From: the human T2T-CHM13v2.0 reference genome, Homo sapiens
Strand: one strand, 5' to 3'
NCBI RefSeq assembly: GCF_009914755.1
Contig: NC_060939.1
Length of the DNA: 64,000 nt
A program made the position numbers and the translations under genes. The notes under the pieces are model-generated. The model saw nothing but the letters and a program-made list of their open reading frames with translations, had not been told where the DNA came from and searched no databases. This document shows positions 54,362 through 64,000 of the stretch, piece after piece (the stretch's first letter is position 1; each line of letters begins with the position of its first letter).

Positions 54362-55179
54362 GTTAGGCATGTGGATTGCCCCTGCTTATGGCAAGCCCAG
54401 CAAGTATCCAAGCTGTCTTGCACTCATTGGTTCTCTCCTCTGCTCTTTCCCCAAAAGTAGTTATGACCCTCTGAGATGAAGCCCTGTGCCTTGTTCATCA
54501 CTGTATTCTCAACATCTAGGCCTGGTACAGACCAGGTTGTGTGGTCAATGTTTGTGCAATGAACGTACGAGCCCAGACTCAGCATATTTAGGAGATGGCT
54601 CCTACCACCCAGCAATTAGAGAGGGGAGGCAACGCAGGCGGAGGACATCTACCAATGCAGCACATGAGCAAGACACAGGGCCTGAGAATAACTGAACCCT
54701 GGCCCACAGATGCCAAAGAACTGGTTTTGCTTGTTTGTTTCATTTGCCAGTCAGAAGCGTGGGGGATAATTTAGTGGAATCCCTTCACAGATAGGTTTTA
54801 ACTTGAAATAATTCAACTATAGGTGCTTGGCAAACAATCAAATAGTGAACAGGCCCAAGAGAGAAGGAAATAATTTAGATGGCAGATGGCAGTTGGCTCC
54901 ACTAGAAGTGCCACCTGGTGAGCACGGGCCCACAGTGGGTGTGAGGCGGGACAACGGGGGCACACTTCCCTCCTGCGTGTGTACCTCACACTGTGCTAGG
55001 ATGATTATGGTTCTGGCATACAAAGTCACTTATTTTTCATGCAACCTGGTCCCTAAACTTAAGAAAATGCCTTTATCTGGTAATCAACTGGGAAAAACAT
55101 TGGCTGAACCCCATACTTTCAAGTACTTATGAGATTTTCAAAGGTGGTTCTTACACACTAACTTAAGAGTCCCCAGATG

Positions 55180-55385
55180 GTGAGTCCCAGCTGCGCCACT
55201 TCATAACTAAATGATCTTAAGTAGCTAATGACTTAACCTTGTAGAGCTTCCATTCTCATGGGCAAATGAAGGATAACATCTCTCCCTCATGGGCTCACAG
55301 TGAGGATTAAACGAAGGGAAGGTATGCACAACAGTTAGCAGACTGCTTGGTACAAAGTAAGCGCTCAATAAACCAAAGCTATTAT
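55180..55385 (+). mobile_element. MIR
   Basis: 'gtgaggattaaacgaaggg...ttagcagactgcttggtacaaagtaagcgctcaataaa'. Confidence 0.8.
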
Positions 55386-55961
55386 TTTTAGTGGTGGTAA
55401 TAGCACTGCTTTTCTTTGGCATTTAAAGCTGTGTAGCTAATCTGGGCATTCCACCAGGTTGCTGAAGCAATAGACGGCCCCTTAATAAATAGCTTCCAGA
55501 CAGCATGTCATTTAAAACTGAATGCATTTTTGCTTCTCAGTTGTTGGACATATTATTTACTACCTGATGGTCTTGCTCTGGCCCAAACAAGCTAATTATT
55601 GCAATTCCAGAGTACATGCCATCATCCAGAAATAGCTTTCTGTAGAGTGGGGACTGAAATTAACAGGCAATTAGCAAGTTTAAAAGGATTTCCTTTCCCC
55701 ATCCCCACCCCTGGCACCTCTAACACATTAAAGCTCATCACAGCAGTTATTTTAAGGAAATTCAGCAGAGGTACTTGCAGGGCCCGAGGTCATCTTGTGT
55801 TGGCCCTGGATAGATCATGAAATCCTGTTGCCAAGGAGCATGGTGGGAATGTGGCAGGAAGGCTAAAGTCAGGAAAGCCACCTCAGCCACTAAGTAGCCA
55901 TATGGCCTGGGGCAAGCCACTACTCAACTCTGAGCTTCAGTTTCTTCATCAGTAAGGAAGT

Positions 55962-56247
55962 GGCCAGGCACGGTAGCTCACACCTGTAATCCAGAACTTG
56001 GGGAGGCCAAGGCCAGTGGATCCCTCGAGGTCAGGAGGTCAAGGCCAGTCTGGCCAACATGGAAAACCCCCATTTCTACTAAAACTACAAAAATTAGCCG
56101 GGCATGGTAGCAAACACCTGTAATCCCAGCTACTCAGGAGGCTGAGGCAGGAGGATGGCTTGAATCCAAGAGGCGGAGGTGGCATGAGCCAAGATCATGC
56201 CACTACTCCCAAGCCTGGGCAATGGAGACTCCATCTCAATAAATAAA
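55962..56247 (+). mobile_element. Alu (diverged S/J-like), inserted in a MIR
   Basis: Dimer ggccaggcacggtagctcacacctgtaatcc...gagactccatctc followed by aataaataaa. Confidence 0.92.
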
Positions 56248-57189
56248 GTTAAGAAGTTAGACTGCTCAATTCCTGAGACTCCTTCCAACCCAGCAATCTG
56301 ACGTCCACACTGGGGCTGACCACTGAACTACATGGAGGCACATGCCTCAGTTTCCTTATCTACGCCATTCATCTAACAGCTATGTATCAATCCCTGTTAG
56401 GCACTAGGCACTGTGCTAGGTGTTTGGAAGAGTCATTCTCAGGCCTATCCTATCTCAGCAACCTGTAGGAATGTCCTCACCTCCAGAGTTAGCCCCCTTG
56501 GAAGGAAAATATTTAGTCCCACATTCATTTCTTTCCTATATGAACCTGGAATCACTGGGGGCAGCCTCTCTGAACTGCCCCATTTTCTGAAAAGTGTCCG
56601 AAGTACAGCCCAGGCATGGGGCATTCAGCACAAAGGGCCCAAGTCTTGAGAGGGAGTAGTTTAGGAGTGAAGAAATCCCAGCCTCCCACTATCCAGTCTT
56701 AAGGTAAAAAGAATTGTACAGATGAGCACCTTTCTTCCCCTTGGTATTTCCCTTTGGCATGACCCAAAGACCACTCCCATAAAGGGCCATACCCTAGTGT
56801 TTTCTGACAATCTAGGGATGAATTCCCTATTACATCTCAGGATGGGAGAAAAACAGGATTTGGGAGTTCTGGTTTAATCACTAAATGAACTTAATCTTGA
56901 CTTCTGGTTTTGTCATCTGCAAAAGGCAAGTGGTCCTGATGGCTACTTAATAAAGCTGTCTGTGAGCCAAATGAGAGTGTGCATCTGCAAGTGCATTGTA
57001 AACTGCAAAAATAATTGTGGTTCTCTCTGGGCCGCCTTCTACTTCACAACAATACTGAGCTGACCTTACAGATAAGCTGAACAGATGGTTGCCTCCATGG
57101 TAGTATTTGAATAGCACCAGAAAGTTTCACCTCTCCAAAGCATCTTTCTGCTGGCCTGAAATTCAACCATTAGGGATTCATTTTGTTGC

Positions 57190-57216
57190 GGGGGGGGGGG
57201 GGGGGGGGGGGGGGGG
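57190..57216. repeat. G27 homopolymer
   Basis: 27 consecutive G bases. Confidence 0.95.
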
Positions 57217-57264
57217 CGGCTTACAAGCTTCCCAGGGTTCAGGAGCACTCTATTAAATAGCTGT

Positions 57265-57964
57265 TGTAATCACCCAGCAGGTTCTTCCTATTCGCTGCAT
57301 AGACAAAACCAGTTCACCAAGACCACGCTATTGTAGTAGAGTTTAACACAAAGCCAGCTACGCAGAAGACAGTTATTACTCCAATCAGTCTCCCTGAATG
57401 CTCAGCGGTTAGGGTTTTTCAAGGATAGTTTGATGTACAGGGGATTAGGGAATGGGTGCTGCAGATTGGTTGGGGATGAAATCATAGGGTTATGGAAAAC
57501 GGTCCTTGTGCACTCAGTTGGCCTCTGGGTGGGGGCCCCAAGACTGGCTGAGTCATGAGCCTCAAGTCCGGATGTAGTCAGTCTAAAAAACAACTCAAAA
57601 GATCCATCTTAGGCTCTACAATAGTGATGTTATCTACAGAAGCAATTAGGCAAGTCACAAATCTTGTGACCTCTGGCCACATGACCCCTGAGCAGTAAGG
57701 GATGATAGAAAATTTGCCTATATCTTAGCAGAATTCAGGCCCCTTTCATAATCCTGACCTTCTGGCCTTTCACTGGTTTTGCAAAAGTGGTTGAGTTTGG
57801 GGAGTGGCTATTATCCTTGCTGTAAGGTTCAACTATAAACTAAATTCCTCCCAAAGTTAGCTTGGCCTACACCTAGGAATGACCAAGGACAGCTTGGAGG
57901 TTAAAAGCAAGATGGAGTCAACTATGTCAGATTTCTCTGTCATCATTTCACAAAGGCAGTTTCA
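57265..57964 (-). mobile_element. Solo ERV1 LTR, LTR8 family (LTR8B-like)
   Basis: The minus strand begins TGAAACTGCCTTTGTGAAATGATGACAGAGAAATCTGACATAGTTGACTCCATCTTGC... and ends ...GGGTGATTACA. Perfect 4-bp TSD ctgt (57261-57264 / 57965-57968). Confidence 0.9.
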
Positions 57965-59269
57965 CTGTGACCTGCTAATACTGTGGGGAAAAGAAAAAAA
58001 CAGTACTCATTGGGCCTTAGGCATATTCTAGGTTCTTTGCAATACTTAATTTTGTTTTTAATCTCAAACCAGTCTGAGACAGGATTTACTATTCAGCACA
58101 TTTTTGAAACTGGGAAAATGAGTCTCGAGATGTTTAGGAAACTTGCTAAAAGGTCACATGAGTGACAGGGTTAGGACTTAAACATGCGTGGGGTCGGGAA
58201 GATGGCAGGCACAGGGTATCAGGCCAGGGGAGATGCCCTAGAGCCAGCGACACTCAGCCTACTTAACTTCTTCTAAGAGCCGGTCACCTCCATAAGGACA
58301 GCCAGAGCTTCTGCCAGGAAAGAAAGAACGTTGATGCTATTCGTTTTCCAAAAGAGCGTATCTCCTCCGGCTAATCTGAACATATTTCTTACAGGGCTCT
58401 TGAATGCCCCTTTGTAGCTGAGTGGGTGAAACGGCATCACCAACATTTGGCCCTGCTGCTCCACTGAGAGCCGGCGCCGTTCGCGGGATAATTATCCTGT
58501 AGTCTTCTCACCTCCGGAGAGAATGCAAGGCGCCCTCCTTCCAAATCTGGCCCGTCACGCCAGCACCACTTATTTTTAGAAGCTGTTTTCCCCTCATAGT
58601 TTCACAACCTCTAATCTGCCACTCTCCAGTGAATATAAATTAAAACACAACAATGAAATATGGAGAAATGTTTTCTCCCGTCATCTCCAGCTCTCTGAAC
58701 CCGGGGCTGGGAGTGGGTGGAGCGCCTGATTTGTCTCCCAGGCGACACGGAAAGGGAGGCAGTGAGACGTGCTACCTGGTCGCTTCCGGCTCTGATGAAC
58801 CACTGCCAACCAGTTATTAGGGAGGAGGGCAGCACTTGCAAAAATTTCAGGTCTCTGAGAGCCCAGAGCCTGAGAAGTGTGGAGGATACTAATTACACCC
58901 AGGTGGAAGCCTGGCCACAGCTCACCTCCTAAGGAAAGAGCGAGCCCATTAAATAGCCAGGAAGGAATGGAGTTCACAGGGGATTAGATTTCTAGATTAT
59001 AGCCTCAGAGTCATTCTCAAATTTATCTCCTAAAATCTGGAGGTCAAGGAACAAAAGCACCCTTGAAGAACAGGTAAAGGGAGCCTGGTCTGAATTCTTA
59101 GCTCCTGACAGCCAGGCCGCAAGAGGACAGACATCCCGTGCACACACGCCCGCCCCATCGCCAAAGAAAGCTCTAGAGCTAGACACTTAGACTGGCCTTT
59201 CATGAAATGACAGCACCTGCCAAACACAATAGGGAAATAGTTAGTCCAGCCAGGCAGTGCCATAGAGTG

Positions 59270-59460
59270 GTCAGAGCATGGGAATTTCAAGCAGACAGCA
59301 GCAGGCTTTAATCCTCACTCTACTCTCCCCAGATGTGTCACCAAGGCAAGTCACTCAGCTTCTCTGAGGCTCAGTTTCCTGGCCTGTAGAGTGGGAATAA
59401 TTATAATACTATCTTGGTTGTCAGGTTTAAAAGACCAAATGAATGTCACTGCCTGGCAGA
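59270..59460 (+). mobile_element. MIR
   Basis: 'ggcaagtcactcagcttctctgaggctcagtttcctggcctgtagagtgggaataat'. Confidence 0.8.
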
Positions 59461-60939
59461 CTACTTAAAACAATAAGAGGTGCTAAAGTTACTTTAAACC
59501 AACCCTCTCCACCCTCTCCTTCCCCACCTCAGTTTCATACCCCAGAGACCAAATTCCTGATGGATTCCTAAATGATATCTCTGCCAAATACTGGTGCCAG
59601 GTGCTGGGCAAGGCACAGTTTTGCAACCAGCTGTCAGGCAGCAACAACTTCACAGTCGTACTTTTATTCAGTGTGTGGTAAAACTTCTGGGACAAGAGTC
59701 AAAGTCGTAGGGCTTTAGTGGGAAACTGCCATTGCCTGACCAGAGGTACAAAGCACTGGCCCTTCCCTCATCCCTGGCCTGACCTAAGAGGGCTGGGGTA
59801 CCACAGGACTGTTGACCCCACTGAGAGCTCAGGGTGCCAGAAACACTGCCTGCCACGTGATTCCTATTGGTCCTTCCAGAGATGCTAACAGGCCTGGAGG
59901 CTGGAGGTCTCTCTGCCCACACTTTCACACATGACCTGGAGCAGGGGGTCCCAGCTCTGTAGCTGCATTTCTGACCCAGTTGGATACCTTGACATGGTCC
60001 CAGCAAGCAACAGAGCACCCATTGTACAGCCTTCCCCAGCCCCAGAGAGGGACTGTCCCTGCCAAGAACAGAGGTGCCACCCAGAATCTGACAGCAGGGG
60101 AGGCTCCCCAAGCATTCTACCCAGAAGAACAAGCACCCTCCCCAGATGGCCTGTGGCCCACCCTGCCCTCAGTTCCTAGCAGATCCTCAACTTGGCCTGC
60201 TTTGATGTTTGTGAATGGCAGGTAGGAAAGGTCAGGCAAGTGGAAGAAACCTAAAACCATGCTCTCTATGGCCATGGAAGCTTCCTAGGTATTATTACAT
60301 AGCTGTAGTATATTAATATTACTGTCATTAATTGATATTATTGTAATGTTACTATAATATACATAGCCATAATATAAACACATTATAAAGCTGTAATAGC
60401 TTATCTTTATTCTACTATGTGGCAAGTCTGTACTAAGCATTCTCCTACTCTAAACCCCCACAAAAGTATTAGCTATGAACTATCATTGAATTTCGTTTTA
60501 CAAACAAGGACAATCCAAAGAGGCCAAGTTACCTGCCCAAGGCCACACAGTCCACAAGAGCCCAAGTTCCCACTCAGGCCCATTCTCTTAGCTCTGTGCC
60601 ACCCAGCTCTGCAAATGTAGCCACCCAAAGCCAATCAAGCCAGTGGTAGAGTTCTAAAACCAAATCTAGGGCTCTGTCCCACCAATCTCCACCTGGTGCC
60701 TGGAATTCCTCTATTTTTGTTTTTTGTTCTGTTTTGTTTTAAAGTTTCACTCACCCCCCTCCTTAAACCCAAATATCCCTGGGACAGGATGGAAATCCAT
60801 AAACAGGTGCCTGAGTAAGACATCATTCACAGAGCCTTTTCCTCCTGACAGCTGGCCAAGAACAGGAGAGGGGGCCCTGGGCAAATCTGCAGGATTACAT
60901 CAGAGCTTATTTTCCCCCGTATGCCCCTAATTTTCTACA

Positions 60940-61010
60940 TGCTCTTCCATTCCTGATGGATTCCTAAATGATATCTCTGCTAAATCCTGGCGCCAGGTGC
61001 TCTTCCATTC
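60940..61010 (+). repeat. Local duplicate of 59553-59605, flanked by a 13-bp direct repeat
   Basis: 60949-61001 matches 59553-59605 at 50/53. tgctcttccattc occurs at 60940-60952 and 60998-61010. Confidence 0.9.
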
Positions 61011-61525
61011 TCCCAGTGATCCAGAACTTTCTTGCTGTCATGAAGAAAACTGATTTAATAAGTAAACTCATACTTAGGAAGCTTCCCATCCACCCTGGCC
61101 CCCCATGGTATCTCACATCATCATCAGACCAAAAGAACCCATACCCTCATCAGTGATGACTCAGCAAAATCAACTTCACATGATTAGGAAGCTCACATAA
61201 CTAGCAAGGCGAGGAGGTTCTCTCTGCCGGCCACCTCCTCCCGCCAGCACTCCACCACAGCCTGCCTACTGTCTGCCCGTTTGGACTAGCAGCTGGTGCT
61301 GTGGGATCTTTAACTCCACTGAAATTATGTCACAAAATTGGGGCATCGTAGGGAACCTAGGAAAACAGACAAGAAATAAAGACTCCATATGTGCCTGGCC
61401 CACACCCGAGTTTGGCTCACTATGCACACATTAGATCCTGCCATTCACAATTTAAAATATATATATATTTTTTTGTGTATATATACATATATAGACACCT
61501 AGAAAAAAAGTATGTATTTTGTATA

Positions 61526-61661
61526 TATACAAAATTTATTACGTATAAATAAAATTTATACAAAATTTATTACGTATAAATAAAATTTATACAAAATTTA
61601 TTACGTATAAATAAAATTTATACAAAATTTATTACGTATAAATAAAATTTATACAAAATTT
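61526..61661. repeat. 31-bp AT-rich minisatellite, ~4.4 identical copies
   Basis: Unit TATACAAAATTTATTACGTATAAATAAAATT at 61526, 61557, 61588 and 61619, plus a partial copy at 61650. Confidence 0.95.
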
Positions 61662-62009
61662 TGTATATATTTGTATATGTGAAATATTTTTTAAATGTTA
61701 ATATATCTATAATATTTATATATTTGAATATATAAGTTTATATATATTTATATGGCTCACTATAAAAGAAATTGAAACCTCCTTAAGCATGAACAACTCC
61801 CACGGGTGTTTTCTTCATGAGACGCACAGGAAGATGGCAATGGGTACTGAAAGGAATGAATTGCTTGTGGGGGAACTTTATTTACTAGAACAACCCCAGG
61901 TAGGAGGAGAGGTTTTAAGAAATGAGAGTAGGGGTTCTGGAGGAGGTCACCTTGCCTCCTAGTACAGAGGTAAGACTCCACTGAGGCTGGAGAATAATGC
62001 TCATGAGGA

Positions 62010-62322
62010 GATTGGCAGGCCCCAGATCCCTGCAGCTACTGGGACAGAGGCTTCAGTTCCTTGCCATGGGGGCCTCTCCCTAAAGCTGCTCACAACATGG
62101 CAGTTGGCTTCTCCCACAGCAAGAGAGAGAATCCCCAGAGAGAGCAAGAGGCTCCACAATGGAAGGCCTAGTCTTTCACAATCTAATCCCAGCAGTGACA
62201 TACCCATCACTTCTGCTCTGTTATTGGTCAGACCAACCCTGGTGCAATGTGGGAGAGGACCACACAGGGTACAAATCCTGGGAGGCAGGGGCCCTTGGGC
62301 CATTTGAAGGGTGGTTACTCCA
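62010..62322 (-). mobile_element. MLT1F-like MaLR LTR (partial)
   Basis: 'cagttccttgccatgggggcctctcc...ctcacaacatggcagttggcttc...agtgacatacccatcacttctgc...caatgtgggagaggaccacacaggg'. Confidence 0.8.
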
Positions 62323-63469
62323 GCAGGTACAGAGTATGGTGAGCCCACATGAGGAGGTGCCCAGATTGCAGCCATAGATCCTTGGGCAGGTCATCCAACC
62401 TCATTTACGCTGTTTGCACTTACAGAAAATGAGAATAATAGACTCGTCAGGGCTTGGCAATGCCTATGAAAGTGCATTGAACAAAGGGAAGTATGCTGCA
62501 GATATAAGACAACATGGTTTTGATTGTAATTACTAGTACCAGTAGCACATAGTTGTGAGGACTCCTATTCTGTTGAGCTAACAGCCCTGACCCACCTGTA
62601 TCAATCAGTGCCAATGTATATTTCACATTGCCAATACCCAGCGTCAGATAATGAAGTTTTGCAAAATACAGCTTGGGTGGGATCTCTTTAATGACCTGTT
62701 AAAACTGATTTATAGTTAGCTTTTTACCTGAATGCACATAAGGAATCTGGAGTTCTTGCTAGTTCTTGCTTGGAAATGATCTGTTTCTTCATCTGAATGT
62801 CCTCCCTTCATCTGATTTCCTTAGCAACCCTGGTTTTTCTGTTTTGATTGACAATACAAAATTAAATATTAGTCCAGTCCCTCACTGGGCTATCACAGGT
62901 TCCAAAACACCCAGCCCTCATGTCATTGATCCAACATCAACCGTTCCACCGGTCCTTCCCTCCCCTGCCCCCTTACCCTGCCCTAAGGGCTCTCAAGACA
63001 GACCTGTTTAACTCTGGGCATTTAGAACACAGAAGACTTTCTCACCAGGGAATCTCTCTTTCTAAAATCCCCACAGAGCTGGTCAAGCAAGAAGAGCACT
63101 GGACTACGCATCAAGACCTGGGGTGCTGATCCCGACTCTCATCCTTGACTGCAGTGTGGGCTGGGCAGGTCACTTCACTGCTCTGAGCGATTTAGTTCTG
63201 GTTTTGAAAGACTGGGTGATTCTACCCATTATTCACTGAGCACCTCTGGGCCTTCTATTATGGCCTCCTCCCTTTCCTGCCCTGCAGCTCCCTGCCAAAA
63301 ACAAAGCCTATGCAACCTTCGTAGATACTCTTCATAGAATCTGTTTCTCTCCCTGTGGGCTCTTTCCTTCTGAGCACTGGCAGGACTTAACCATATGTTC
63401 TAGGCATTGGGTGTGAAACCAGCAAGGCTTGGTGCTGGAAATTTAGCCTCATCTTCCCAACCACCATAG

Positions 63470-63680
63470 CTAACTCTTGTCAAGTACTTGCTCTGTGTGC
63501 CAGGCACTGTTCTACCTCATTAAAACTTCACAGCAACGCTGAAGTGGCTATTATCATCTTCATTTTATAGATGAGGAAATTGAGGCTCAGAGAGAGTAAG
63601 TAACTTATTCAAAGTCACCCAGCCCACATGAGGCAGAGCCAGGATTCATGCCCAAGCAGTCCAGAACCCAAGCACGCTGT
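63470..63680 (-). mobile_element. MIR
   Basis: 'cattttatagatgaggaaattgaggctcagagagagtaagtaactta..caaagtcacccagc...ggcagagccaggattc'. Confidence 0.85.
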
Positions 63681-64000
63681 CTTGGGACTGGATTTTCTTT
63701 CCCCATGAAGAATGTAAATTTCTTAATCACAGGCCCTGTTTATTTTACACACAGTCAGCATCTGCAAGTCTTTGTTAACTGATTACAGGTTTCTGTAATT
63801 CTAGGCATGTTAAGCGTAGGGTCAAGCATAAACTCTGTCCCTACCTTTCCAGAACATATGCTCTGATATATTATAGCAGACAAATGCAAAATTTCCAAGA
63901 CTCGTGGGATTTAGAAGGGATTTTTCTCAACTCTTCTTTTCCAGATAAGAAAAGGGAAGCTTGAGGAGATTAAGTTACTTCTGACCACATAGCTCCCTGC

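Noticed and set aside
57066-57248. ORF with a poly-proline tract
   Set aside because: The poly-Pro simply reflects the G27 run read on the minus strand.
61526-61661. Repeat array considered as CRISPR-like
   Set aside because: The units are contiguous with no spacers, and the context is eukaryotic. It is a minisatellite.

Overview
Human (primate) genomic DNA. The window opens at the start codon of LIPC (hepatic triglyceride lipase, 15q21). Bases 2-89 encode MDTSPLCFSILLVLCIFIQSSALGQSLKP(E), the signal-peptide exon, and end in a CAG|GTAAGA donor. This exon is too short to appear in the ORF track. The remaining ~63.9 kb is the first part of the very long LIPC intron 1; exon 2 (expected to begin ...EPFGRRAQ) is not reached. 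The intron is a normal mammalian repeat mosaic: ~20 Alus, many MIR/L2/old L1 remnants, hAT DNA-transposon fossils (MER5, MER20, MER30, MER58, MER63, MER81, MER97, Charlie), two clean solo ERV1 LTRs with target-site duplications (LTR7B/HERV-H and LTR8B), MaLR LTRs, a (TG)n microsatellite, a G27 run and a 31-bp AT-rich minisatellite. None of the listed ORFs looks like a real protein. I found no new multi-gene system. The most notable observations are: a 53-bp locally templated insertion with two-sided microhomology and a 13-bp duplication (59553-59605 copied into 60940-61010); several motif-dense candidate enhancers (hepatocyte-type, developmental, AP-1/NF-kB/TEAD, a perfect NRF2 ARE); ERV LTRs that could act as antisense promoters or enhancers; and candidate cryptic or antisense exons. 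Repeat family names come from recalled consensus sequences, and old-repeat boundaries are approximate.
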